Source of the DNA: Podarcis filfolensis
Taxonomy: Eukaryota
DNA length: 64,000 nt
Assembly: GCA_964270895.1 (NCBI GenBank)
Contig: OZ185441.1
Direction: 5' to 3' (one strand)
Shown here: piece after piece, positions 12,227-23,739 of the stretch
Numbering within the stretch: position 1 is the stretch's first letter
Layout of the letters: each line of letters opens with the position of its first letter
Position numbers and translations under genes: made by a program
The notes under the pieces: model-generated
What the model saw: only the letters and a program-made list of their open reading frames with translations
Told to the model about the DNA's origin: nothing
Databases searched by the model: none

Positions 12227-13145
12227 CACAGGAGCTCAACAGCTGCAGTAAGCTTTTTAAAAAAACAAATTTGAGAGTAAAAAAAAAATAGGATAAGATT
12301 GAAAAGAACCCTACATCTCATCTCCTCCTTTTTGTAGAAGCCAATAAATCACATTTGCACTTCCACTTCTATAAGTAGCAAAACTCTGTGGAACTTCAAT
12401 GTCATGTTCACCTTAAATCCATTAAAAAACAACAACAATTAACGGAGATTGTGTAGCAATGCTATTGTTTTTTTTAATTACTGGTGCACTGAATTAATTA
12501 CACAATTTGGCTGGTCAATAAGTCATATCCCAAACCTAAGTTAATATGTAAATTGATACGAATATTAAAATATTTGTGAAGAGTGTGCAATAAACTAGCT
12601 GTTAATTAATTTTTAGCGGTTAATACATAGATGTTAGAACTTCACAAATAAATGATACAGCGATGACACTTCACACGTGCCACCTGGTTGTTATATTTTA
12701 CAATGTATAGCAATGACTGTTTAGCTGAAATTATTTGTGAGAGAATCCATCATAGTACATTAGTAAATACTCTGTAACTCTTCACAATTACAATTAATAA
12801 TGAAACCTCTGATAGAACCGAAGTGAGATCTGGGGTTATTTTGTGAGAATTACTGCTTTCACAGCTTAGGGAAGTGAGAATTAGTGACTTCAATTTAATT
12901 TTAAATTCCCCATGTGCTATAAATAAATGCAATCACTCATAGCATTCATTAGTATTCATTATCTAATGTGTGTACGTGTATAATGTAAGTATATTTCCTG
13001 CTCGTATTGTTTCATTTAGTAATAAGTTAAACGTCTCATGCATTTATTTATAATATTTCTAGAGGTTTTCCTACAATGTGCCCTTGTAATATGGATCAAG
13101 AAAGAGTGAATCGTATTGAATGGTTGTAGTTGCCTCTCCCTGCAA

Positions 13146-13146
<1 letters not shown>

Positions 13147-13209
<63 letters not shown>

Positions 13210-13210
13210 T
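13147..13210. repeat. (TTTC)n microsatellite
   Basis: Read directly. Confidence 0.97.
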
Positions 13211-13247
13211 TCCTATCCCAATGAGGAGGAGAAACTAAGGTCTATTC

Positions 13248-13383
13248 TAGGCTTCCCCAAACTCGGCCCTCCAGTTGTTTTGGGACTACAATTCCCATCA
13301 TCCCTGACCACTGGTCCTGTTAGCTAGGGATGTTGGGAGTTGTAGTCCCAAAACAGCTGGAGGGCCGAGTTTGGGGATGCCTG
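13248..13383. mobile_element. 136-bp palindromic hAT MITE, family B
   Basis: Perfect 8-bp TSD gtctattc (13240-13247 and 13384-13391); long inverted arms. Confidence 0.93.
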
Positions 13384-13499
13384 GTCTATTCACTCCCACT
13401 TTTTTTTCCAACAAAGGAGGCCCCCAATGAGTCGGTGGTTTAAGAATGGTGCTTTCACTTGGAACGTTCCAATTTGCCATGTTTAGAGGGCAGCAAGCT

Positions 13500-13668
13500 G
13501 GAAAGCTGCATTATGCTGAGTCAGACCATTCTTCCATCTAACTCAGTACTGTCCACTGACTGAAAGGATTTCAGTCCGGGTTCTCTCCCAGCTATACTTG
13601 GAGATGGCAGAGATGGAACCTGGGACCTTCGGCATGCAAAGCAAATGCTCTACAACTGAGCTACAGTC
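13500..13668 (-). mobile_element. tRNA-derived SINE (Squam3-like)
   Basis: Reverse strand reads ctgtagctcagttgtagagcatttgctttgcatgccgaaggtcccaggttcc...atggtctgactcagcataatgcagcttt. Confidence 0.75.
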
Positions 13669-13889
13669 TTGGACTGTGCACCTTTTAGGGAAAGCTTGGT
13701 AGTATGGTGGCATCTCCAGTTGAAAGGCTCACATGTGACAGTGCTAGGAAAGGCTTTGGAAACTGTCAGTTAAGAGCGTTGCTTATATTCTTTAAGCTCG
13801 AAACATTCATGTGCTGCTTTTTCATCTTCATTAAAAACAACAACACCCTGTTCCTAAACTAGAAACCCCTCCCTCCATAAAATATTGGA

Positions 13890-14004
13890 AAATATTAGCC
13901 AGTGATAAAGCACATGCTTTGCCTGATCTCTGGTGTCTCCAGGTAGGGGTGTGAGAGAGACTCTTGGCTGAAACCTTGGAGAACTACTGCCAATCAATGT
14001 AGAC
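13890..14004 (+). mobile_element. Partial Squam3-like SINE
   Basis: ctccaggtagggg...ctgaaaccttggagaactactgccaatcaatgtagac; truncated by nested inserts. Confidence 0.6.
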
Positions 14005-14009
14005 CGTGA

Positions 14010-14278
14010 TTTCCAGCTGTTTGGGAACTCTTCTTTGGTGATCACTTGTAGCTGAGCAAGATTGTCTTCCATGAACACAGTCTTAACAGTGAGTCCTGTT
14101 AAGTGACTGTGGAGGCCAATTCTGAATCCACACGTCCTTCCACAGTGGGGACATAGATTTCTGGGCAGGAGTTGATCATGATGAGGGTTTGCCAAACATG
14201 CCATCCCTAGCTAGGAGGTCCGGTGTTCCGGGATGATGGGAATTCTAGTCCCAAAACAGCTGGAGACCCACATTTGAT
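14010..14278. mobile_element. Family B-like MITE split by an RTE fragment
   Basis: Left piece tccagctgtttggga (~14010-14025); right piece catccctagctagg...gggatgatgggaattctagtcccaaaacagctggagaccc (14203-14278). Confidence 0.55.
14023..14203 (-). mobile_element. RTE LINE 3' end fragment
   Basis: LANPHHDQLLPRNLCPHCGRTCGFRIGLHSHL; same family as 11278-11545. Confidence 0.85.
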
Positions 14279-14480
14279 GTAGAACATACTGAGCTCTAAG
14301 GCCCAATGGCCTGTCTCATTATAAGGGAGCACCTGCTCTTCCGATCCATAAAACGATACCATCTACATAAGCCTAGCAACAAAAGCAGAAAAACAGCCAA
14401 AAATAGAAGCAGCAAAATCTGTATAAGGACCAGAAAAGAAAGCATTTAACATAAAATAGTGGTGGTAGTAGTAGTAGTAA

Positions 14481-14837
14481 TAAAGGTAAAGGTAAAGGGA
14501 CCCCTGACCATTAGGTCCAGTCGCGGACGACTCTGGAGTTGCGGCACTCATCTTGCTTTATTGGCCGAGGGAGCTGGCGTACAGCTTCCTGGTCATGTGG
14601 CCAGCATGACTAAGCCACTTCTGGCGAACCAGAGCAGCGCATGGAAACACAGTTTACCTTCCCGCCAGAGCAGTACCTATTTATCTACTTGCACTTTGAT
14701 GTGCTTTCGAACTGCTAAGTTGGCAGGAGCAGGGACCGAGAAACTGGAGCTCACCCCGTCACGGGGATTTGAACCGCCGACCTTCTGATCGGCAAGTCCT
14801 AGGCTCTGTGGTTTAACCCACAGCGCCACCCATGTCC
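14481..14837 (-). mobile_element. Sauria SINE, full length
   Basis: taaaggtaaaggtaaagggacccctgacc ... cagcgccacccatgtcc; agtagtagtagtaa on both sides. Confidence 0.94.
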
Positions 14838-14897
14838 AGTAGTAGTAGTAGTAGTAAGTAAGTAAGTAAGTAAGTAAATAAGTAAATAAATAAATAA
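14838..14897. repeat. Compound microsatellite (AGT)n(AAGT)n(AAAT)n
   Basis: Read directly. Confidence 0.9.
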
Positions 14898-15866
14898 ATG
14901 TTGCCTGTTTTTGGAAAGAATTAACCTTGAGAAGGTTCTGTGGATCTCTCTTGTTAGAGAATTTCACAGACTTAGAGAAAGGCCTGCTCTTAGTGGACAC
15001 CAACCCAGTTTCCTCAAAGGATTGCATTAGAGTTATTTCAGAATATCTTAAGCCCTGGGAAGTGGGATAAGGCATTCCCTGAGATAATCAGAAGACAAAC
15101 AGCCCAGAACTTTAAAAGAACTTCCTAGACAAATTAAATTGTATTGGGCTTAATGATATTATAGTGATGTCATATAAATGGACAAATGCTTTCACTCGGT
15201 GTAAGGTATGATCAGAATGTTTCTGTTTCACACAGGCATCGAAAATGGGGGAAAATACCTTTCAAAAGTTAGTCTGTCTTAAAAATATAATGAGTTCCCG
15301 TCCCGAGAACAGTCTTTTCCTCATAGTGTAAGGGTTTTCTATCATATCTATGATGGAAATCGCAATTCTTTCCCACATATATCTGAGATAGAAACATTTA
15401 AATATCTCTAGGTCTTTGCAACCCATCGTTGGAGGGAGGGTGGAAAGAAACAGCTCTATATCTGAGTGTGCCATTTAACATATGGATTTCCCAAGCACTA
15501 TGGTGTGACTTTGTATGCTGGCGTAGTGATTAAAAAGGATTGGCCCATTATAGTGATATACAAGTGGGCAATCTTCTAGGCCACTTTCATGTAGGTAATG
15601 ACGGAGGAGGAAAATGGAAGCTCTCTCTCTTGATGATTGCCGCAAAAACGGCTGTTAAATGCCATCATATCCAAAACAAATGACACTGCCTATGTATGTT
15701 TAACAAAGCTTTTAACCATCTGTCTCTTTCAGATATATTACTCTTTCTGAAAACTCTGCTCCCAGAATCCTATGGCACTGGATTTAACTCAACGAATTTA
15801 AACAAAGCAGTTCTGAAATGGTGAAGCACATATCAGCCCTGCAATGTTCTTCTCTTGTCTAAAACA

Positions 15867-16098
15867 GTGTGGTGTAGTGGTTAAGAGCAGTGGACTCATA
15901 ATCTGGTGAACTGGGTTCAATTCCCCGCTCCTCCACATGCAACTGCTGGGTGACCTTGGGCTAGTCACACTTCTTTGAAGTCTCTCAGCCCCACTCACCT
16001 CACAGAGTGTTTATTGTGGGGGAGGGAGGGAAAGGAGAATGTTAGCCGCTTTGAGACTCCTTCGGGTAGTGATAAGCGGGATATCAAATCCAATCTCT
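15867..16098 (+). mobile_element. tRNA/CORE-type SINE with L2-like tail (Squam2-like)
   Basis: gtgtggtgtagtggttaagagc head, MIR-core-like gggtgaccttgggctagtcac; TSD tctaaaaca at 15858 and 16099. Confidence 0.8.
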
Positions 16099-17308
16099 TC
16101 TAAAACAAAGCCATTTCCATGAGTGGAGAAGAAGAACAACCATAAGAACATTGAGGAGCAGTCAGATAGGTCAAGGCGTATTAGAAAGAAGTGTGGGAAT
16201 GATGCCAGAAGGGAAATGTTACAATGGCAGTGGAGGCCTTACATGGTTGTATCTTTTCCCACAGCATCCGTCAATTTTTTGAATGTGTTCTTTAGCAGTG
16301 CCACCCAAAGAGAAAAAAACAAATGTCTGCCATTTATGCAGGGCTTTCCCCCTCCCCCCCCCCAGCCGGAACTCAGTTCTGGCACATCTCAGGTGCTTGC
16401 CATTGCCATTCTAAGAGAACAAGGGAGGTGTTTGTGGTGAGTTCTGGTGCCTCTTTTTCTAGGAAAATAGCACTGCGTTTATGGTATGGTGTCATTACTT
16501 TAGGCTCGTATACTACTCCCTGTATGCAGAAATTAGAAATGTTTAATCCTGGTCTCTGGCAAACAAACTATTTCATCTGAACATATGAACTACAGTTCCA
16601 AGTGCCTGGTTTCCAGGCAATCACAAAGTATAATTTTAAATGAAACAAAAACTACACTAATAAATTCATATCTATATACAGTGAAGGCCATTGCCTACTT
16701 GTTTTCTTAATATCAAACTATGTTTTAGCATTACATCTGAACACAAGCTTTCTCTCTTGTGTGTGTGTGCGCACACACAATCTCCTTTTCGACTTTCTGC
16801 AAAACTTCCCCACAGCTAATGCAGTACTCAGTTTCTTTCTTTACCAAGTGCTTTGAGATTCTGTGCACATTGCAGGTATAAATAATTAAATTAAGGATCC
16901 AGCTATATTATGCTGGCTGTAGCTGTTTTTCAGGGGCACGTTGTAGCCATTAGAAATAAATTGGAGTCTGTTATCAAGCACATTTTTGCATTGCTTCCTT
17001 TTTGACTTGACAGTGGAACACATGCAAATCAATGGTAATGAAATCATGGCAGTGTGTGCGGCCACTTAAGGTCATTTCCTGCACTAAGAAATAGATATAC
17101 TACTTAAATGGCTGTTTAACTGTGTGCATTCAAATTCTTCTACAGTATCAATGGCTGATACATACTGAGGCCAATCGGGTAAGTGTACCTGTGGAATGTA
17201 AAGCCCCTGGTATAGTTATCTTGAAGCCACAAACCAACACAGGATATGTCAGGATGTAAAAGTAGGCATTTACTGTATAATACCAATTTTTTTATGCCAA
17301 GTATGTCT

Positions 17309-17455
17309 GCTCTGGTTCGCCAGAAGCGGCTTAGTCATGCTGACCACATGACCCGGAAGCTGTACGCTGGCTCCCTCGGCCAGTAAAGCAAGATGAGTGC
17401 CGCAACCCCAGAGTTGGTCACAACCGGACCTAATGGTCAGGGGTCCCTTTACCTT
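17309..17455 (+). mobile_element. 5'-truncated Sauria SINE
   Basis: 3' half of the SINE; 7-bp TSD tatgtct (17302 and 17456). Confidence 0.9.
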
Positions 17456-18042
17456 TATGTCTAAGGAATCCAATGCATATTTGCCTGTAGGAGAGTCCTA
17501 AGGCCTGTCTAAACAAAATGATTTTCAGAAGAAACTTGAAGGAACAAGGGGTGGTTCTCACCAAACTGCCCACTCGTGGATGGTTCCAGATGCACTTCTG
17601 TGGGCAGGGAGTTTCACATCTTAAGCTGCCATGGAGAATTCGCTCTCCTGGGCCACTCCTTTGCGCCATCTTAAATGTGACCATAAGTGCACATTTATTG
17701 CTGCACTTATGCCTCTACCTCAGCCTCATGTTCATTATTAACATCTTACAAGAAACCATTGAGAAAATTCATCTGGACTCAGAAGCTGGCCTAGAGAGTG
17801 TCATTTATTGATGGAGCTATCCAATGTAGGGCTCCATGATTGCTCCATCAGTGCAAGGATTTCTGCTTGCACATTGGAAGATTCTTTCCCTCCCCTCCCA
17901 CCACGTGCCCCTTAAATCTGTCCCAAGGGTTCCCCTAATCCTCCGGAGTAGATCTGGGGAGGGTGCAGGGTGTGTGGAGAGAGAAGGAGGAGAGGAAAAA
18001 TCCTTGTGCTGATGGGACTTGAATGTTGAATGTGTCTGTCCT

Positions 18043-18080
18043 TCCATCCATCCATCCATCCATCCATCCATCCATCCATC
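18043..18080. repeat. (TCCA)n microsatellite
   Basis: Read directly. Confidence 0.97.
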
Positions 18081-18214
18081 TGATGATGCAGTCACTACAA
18101 TGTTTGTGGGGCCAGGCATTCAGAACAGATTCCACTGATACTATACTAGTTACACTGCCTGGCTTGGAGCTCTAATGCCTGTTTGGGACCAAGCTGACTG
18201 GAACCAGATTATAT

Positions 18215-18393
18215 GGGGAATGGTCCTAAACTCAGCGGTCGAGCATCCAGTTTGCATGCAGAACATCCCAGCTTTGATTCCTGGGAAAGATGCCAGTTGA
18301 AGCTCTGGAAAACCAGTGCCAGTCTGTGGAAACAATACTGAGGTAGATGGACCAATGGTCTGATTCAGTATAAGGCAGTTTCCTGTGTTCCTA
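18215..18393 (+). mobile_element. tRNA-derived SINE (Squam3-like)
   Basis: actcagcggtcgagcat...aatactgaggtagatggaccaatggtctgattcagtataaggcagtttcctgtgttccta. Confidence 0.75.
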
Positions 18394-18439
18394 CTTGATG
18401 GACTTTCTGCAATAATACCCATCAGTCCAAGTCTTAAGA

Positions 18440-18772
18440 TTGACCTCCAAATACCTGCTTGCAGGCTTGCCTTCAAGTTCCTCAGGCTGTAGTGGCTTCA
18501 TATCTTTGGAACCTTCTCCCAAAGGAAGTATGTTTGGCTCCACTTTTGCTAATTTTTAAACTGACCTGATAAATGTTTTGTTTCCATATGCACTTTACTA
18601 AAAAGCCTTTTAACTGTTGACATTTTTAGTTTTGCAGTTGGATTGCTTCATATGCTGTTGTGTTGTTGTTTTTAAATCATTTTTTATATTTTTAATCAAT
18701 TATATTTGTAAGCCGCCTTCGGAAGCCTTTGCTCTGAAAGGCAACATATACTTTTCTTAAATAAATAAATAT
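18440..18772 (+). mobile_element. Old L2-like LINE 3' end
   Basis: T-rich UTR, gtaagccgccttcggaagcc...gaaaggcaacatata, (AAAT)n tail. Confidence 0.45.
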
Positions 18773-19673
18773 CTGGAAAGAGAAGATGGAGGATTTTGCA
18801 GGTAATATAATCCAGATGACCTCATCTCAAGGAAACTGCACACATATTTTTTGAGGGACAGCTAGATAGTTTAACCATATCAAAAGCAACGCAGAACAGT
18901 CCTAGAGCTTTTGTATCTGTGGGAGTGTATTATTTTAGACCCGCAATTAATAAGCAATGGAGAAAATGATAGCTGGGGTTTTTTATTCCATGTTGAAAGG
19001 CTCATTTGCAAAAAAGGGGGAAAGTAAATGGAAGGAGAAAAAATAATTTATGCAGGGAACTGCTAATCCAGCTGTTTTGCTTCTGGGCTTAATTGGATTT
19101 ACCTAGAATTGATATTTGCTGTCAGCGTGTGTTATAGCATCAGCAAAAGCCACAGTTGCCAAAGACTATATTGTAGTCACTTTCTATTAACATGCTTTAA
19201 ATGCTTAATGCTGTCACTTTCCATGTCCTCGATGCTAGGTGAATATACATTGCTTCCTCTTGATTAGTATTATTTTTTTCTCATACTGCAGGAAGGAATT
19301 AAACCAGGATTATGCCAATGAAACTGTAGCCATATTTCCATCACTGTATAATCTTCCTCTCCTCTCTGATCCCTACCTGTCCACTCCCAACGTCGCTGTT
19401 GCAGGCAACACAGAGGGCTGAGCCAACATGCAATGGGAGAGCAATGGACTAAGGTGTGTACTTGCAATTAGGCTGTGAAAGGCTGGCACCGAGGGATGCG
19501 TGAGATTTCCATTTTGTCTGCATTCTTAAGCGAGCCCACCTAACTCAAAACTAATATGTGGATTGGAATGCAGTTATCCTTTGGAGTTTGCTCACCTCCG
19601 AATTTTGCGATATAGCTCTTTGAATAAAAAACATATAAAATTCATTGTGAAAAGTGTATTTTAAGATATTTAT

Positions 19674-19675
<2 letters not shown>

Positions 19676-19714
<39 letters not shown>
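19676..19714. repeat. (TG)n microsatellite
   Basis: Read directly. Confidence 0.97.
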
Positions 19715-19717
<3 letters not shown>

Positions 19718-19753
19718 GAATAATATATATAATACACATACATGTATAGTATA

Positions 19754-19965
19754 CAGTGGACCCTCTGGATACGAATTTAATTCGTTCCAGGGGTCCATGC
19801 GCACTCTGAAAAATCCGTATCCAGAGGCACCGCTTCTGCACTCGGCATGCAGAACGCTTCTGCGCATGCGCAAGCAGTGAAATCTGGAAAGATACTTCTG
19901 AGTTTGCCACTTTCACAACCCAAAATTTACATTACTCTAGAGTAACGTAACCTGAGGGTTTACTG
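19754..19965. mobile_element. Tc1/mariner (Tigger-like) MITE
   Basis: TA|CAGTGGACCCTC ... GAGGGTTTACTG|TA. Confidence 0.75.
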
Positions 19966-20869
19966 TATGTTATATGTAGTATCATAAGCATTGTATACAG
20001 CAAATATACAGTATAAATCGGAAATGGTTGCATTTTCCCCCACAATAATATGCACCACACTTGTGTTCCCCAGAAACTGGGATTCAGAAGCATAAAACCT
20101 CTCAGGAGCAGCCCTTAGACTATAAAACACACTGCCATGGGCGATCAAGCCATCATTGCCAGTAATGGCAGACAGTACTTACCTGATCTGTCATTGGTGA
20201 TACTGCAGTTTACTGGAGGGGGGGATTAGGTGGTGGTAAGGTCAGTGTGGTGCAAACACACTGGCAAACCATTCCACTGCTCCCATTTAAGCATGCTTTC
20301 ATGATGCAACCTCTCTGCCACCTTGTTCCCCTTCCTCCTGGTACAGCAGCAGTGCTGGAGATGGTCAAGTAAATGCCACCATCCTGTTGACTGGTTTCAG
20401 GGAAGCAATAGGTCAAAATGGCCTTGTCTGAACGTTTGTTTTCTGATGTTGTTTCTGGTTTTCATGGGGTTTTCTGCTTTGGGTTTGTGTGTGTGTGCGC
20501 GCTACTGCTGTTGGGTTGTTTTTATCCCAGTTTTCACATCAAGGAACTCAGTTTTCAGTCAGTGGGAGTTGAAGTAGAATGAGTCACGTTCTTTTCCTGC
20601 TGGTCACTGAATGTCTAGAAGGAAAAACTACAAGTTGGGGAATCTTAATTCGTAATGCTGGATGTAGTCCGATTTTGTGGCTGGAGACAGACAAAGCAGG
20701 ACTTGTGAAGGGTGATGCTGCTTTGCGCATTGGTCTTAAGAGGGTCACAAGCAGAAGGAAACTGTATTTCAATCATATTAGGCCCACACTCCAAACAAAA
20801 GGGAGTAATTCAGGAAAGGGCATATCCTTAGGGTTGGCAGCAGAGCAATTTTAAACTGCTTACTTGATT

Positions 20870-21560
20870 ATTATTATTTTTTTACAACTTATCACAATAT
20901 TTTTAGTTATAGTTATAGTGTCATTACATCATTGTCTCTAGAAAGTTAAAAGGAACAGAAAAACAGGGTTAAACACTGATAAATCTACAATTTATGAAAG
21001 CCCTGTTAAACATTTCAAGATTAACACAGTGTATTCTTTGAATCATTGTTAAAGAAAAAGGTCAGATATATTCACATTAATATACAACAGAAAGAAAAAT
21101 ATATATCAAAACCATATTGAATTTTCAGGAGGCAACACTTTTTTTTTTTTTACAATACCAAATAAATAGAAAGCATCTAGAAATCTGTTCCATCCATATC
21201 CTGTTTCTTTTGATCTTAATATGTTAATATTGACATCAGAGTTAGTTTCCAAAGCTTGTTTATATAACCACTGCTCTCCAGTAAGATTTGAGCTTTCCAT
21301 TTTTTTCAATAAACAACAATCTTGCTGCTACTACCATATAAGAAATCAATTATCTATATTCTCTGTTTACTGATTGAGATGTATAATTAAACAACAGTAG
21401 CAAGGGATCTTATCCTGTTTTCATAACGTAATATTAATTTTGGAATCATTTCCCAGTATTTCTGTGCTGAAGGACATAACCACCACATATGAGAGTAACT
21501 TCCCAATTGTTTTATCCATCATATTATTGAATCGTTCTTTTTTAAAGATAGATTTTTAAC
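20870..21560 (-). mobile_element. L1-clade LINE 3' fragment
   Basis: Minus strand encodes GSYSHMWWLCPSAQKYWEMI and YMVVAARLL..KKWK (L1 ORF2 C-terminal motifs), followed by an AT-rich UTR. Confidence 0.75.
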
Positions 21561-22014
21561 TTTGACTAGTATATAGGCTTTGTATGAAAGAGTTGGTTAC
21601 AGTTTCACCTAAAGAGGTAGAGTCCTTTCTGGCTTTTTGTTGGAAAAGATGTTACACCTCTGGGCTTCTTCCTGCTGGTCCATGTGCAATTCCTAATGCA
21701 GGTACATGGCAGATGCTTCTGTTGATGCTGTTAGCCAAATGTGGGCAGCTGCACATGGGAGCATAATAGCAAGGCACAACATACACCTGTCCACTGCTAA
21801 TCTGGAAGATTGGTGGGACCAACTTTTCCCATACTAGCCCATTAAGGTTCTCATCTGATAGTCTTCTCTGTATGCCCCCACCTTCTGAGGTGGCAACAGC
21901 AGAGATAGGACGTTTTCATTGTTTGTGTCTGGTCTTTTGACCAGTATCCCTAGGATAGTGTTATGGCTCCAGACCAGAGGGCATTGGAGGCAGAATCCTC
22001 AAGCAGTAGTAGCT

Positions 22015-22135
22015 CTGAAGGCAGCCCTGTTTAGGGAAGTTTTTAATGTTTGATGTATTTATCGTGTTTTTAATATTCTATTGGGAGCCGCCCAGAGTGG
22101 CTGAAGAAACCCAGCCAGATGGGCGGGGTATAAAT
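22015..22135 (+). mobile_element. L2 LINE 3' tail
   Basis: ctgaaggcagccctgtttagggaag...cccagccagatgggcggggtataaat. Confidence 0.85.
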
Positions 22136-22147
22136 TGGGACAAGATA

Positions 22148-22193
22148 ACCCTTGTGGTCCCTTCCAACTCTAAAAGTCTATGATTCTATGATT
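22148..22193 (+). mobile_element. CR1 LINE extreme 3' end
   Basis: cccttgtggtcccttccaactct...ctatgattctatgatt (ATTCTATG repeat). Confidence 0.8.
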
Positions 22194-22203
22194 TACCATT
22201 AAC

Positions 22204-22277
22204 TAAAGCGAGATGAGCGTCGCAACCCCTGAGTCATTCGCGACTGGACTTAACTGTCAGGGGTCTTTACCTTTACC
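22204..22277 (+). mobile_element. Sauria SINE 3' end
   Basis: taaagcgagatgagcgtcgcaacccc...ctttacctttacc. Confidence 0.85.
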
Positions 22278-22432
22278 GTTAATAAATTTAAGATGTCATT
22301 CCCTTTCCAAGTGCTAAGAGTGAGAATGCAGTTTCAGGATTTTTGTCCAAAATATAATCTGACCTACTTTCCAAATACCTCTACCAGATTCCCCACTGAA
22401 TGCCAAACATTTGACATCAGACACCTTGGAGG

Positions 22433-22655
22433 CATGTCAAAGTGCAAGTAGATAAATAGGTACCGCTCCAGCGGGAAGGTAAACGGCGTTTCCGTGCACT
22501 GCTCTGGTTCACCAGAAGGGGCTTAGTCATGCTGGCCACATGATCTGGAAGCTGTACGCCGGCTCCCTCGGCCAATAAAGCAAGATGAGCGTCGCAACCC
22601 CAGAGTCAGCCACGACTGGACCTAATGATCAGGGGTCCCTTTACCTTTAACTTTT
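22433..22655 (+). mobile_element. 5'-truncated Sauria SINE
   Basis: 10-bp TSD accttggagg (22423 and 22656). Confidence 0.92.
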
Positions 22656-23513
22656 ACCTTGGAGGACTGGGAAAGTTCTAAGGAACATTCCCCAAATGAT
22701 CCCCCACAACTCAAAACTCAGTTGCCCAGAAGAGGCCAGCAACTGTATAAAAAGGCACCAGATGCATCACTCAAAGGGCAAAGCTTTAGTATTGACCCTT
22801 TAGATCAGATTAATAAATTGCTCCATGTTGAGGCAGCTTGTTCCTTCTGTCTCAGCTACAGGATTGCTGCCTATGGAATTGAAATGCAGCTACTCAGCTC
22901 TGAGCCAGGACTTCTGACCCCTCCCAAGGCCCTGAACTTGCCACAACAGTGCATCAGCCATGGAACCCGAAGCCTACCTTTCTCCACCTCACCTGGGCCA
23001 TAGCCTCCTCTCTATCACAGAGATCATGATGGATTAGGGCAGGATATTTTCCTGGTGCCTATAGTGATGTAATTTAGGAATCTTTCAAAATTGTCTTGGG
23101 TCCTTTTAAACCCTTAAACCCAATGGTAGCACTGTGTGTTTTATTCCACCTTGTTCTTTGAATTTTAAGTGCTGTTTGGCTGAATTAATGTACTGTCATT
23201 TCACATGTGCTAAATTGTATTTTGGATACCTAATTTTAATGGGTAATGCCCTGGGAACACTCTTTTGTTTACAATTAATTTTATGTATTGTAAGTATTTT
23301 TACACCACCCTTCAATAGTATTCCCAGGTGGGTATATAAAAAGAATAAAACAATTAAAATATAAATACCAAAACAAAACAAAACAAATAATTATAAGCAA
23401 AAAGTTACAAAATAATAAAAGCAGTATGAAACTGTGAGCTGGGTGAAATTGCTTCTAAAGCATTGAGAAAATATAAAAGCGAAGAAATCCAAAGAAGTTA
23501 TTCTACTTGTATA

Positions 23514-23739
23514 CAGTGGTACCTCAGGTTACAGATGCTTCAGGTTACAGACTCTGCTAACCCAGAAATAGTACCTTGGGTTAAGAACTTTGCTTCAGGA
23601 TGAGAACAGAAATCGTGCGGCTGTGGCACGGCAGCAGCAGAAGGCCCCAAAAGCTAAAGTGGTACCTCAGGTTAAGAACCGTTTCAGGTTAAGAACAGAC
23701 CTCCAAAACGAATTAAGTTCTTAACCCAAGGTACCACTG
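23514..23739 (+). mobile_element. Tc1/mariner (Tigger-like) MITE, family C
   Basis: TA|CAGTGGTACCTC ... GGTACCACTG|TA, 226 bp. Confidence 0.9.

Noticed and set aside
15867-15940. tRNA-like sequences (also the heads at 11606, 13620-13668, 31434, 61291)
   Set aside because: SINE heads continuing into SINE bodies; no complete cloverleaf or Pol III terminator.
16762-16779. 18-bp perfect alternating purine-pyrimidine palindrome tgtgtgtgcgcacacaca
   Set aside because: Expected from adjoining TG/CA microsatellites; nothing supports function.
18080-18130. CTGATGA, the hammerhead ribozyme core start
   Set aside because: No GAAA partner or flanking stems; it arises from the end of the TCCA repeat.
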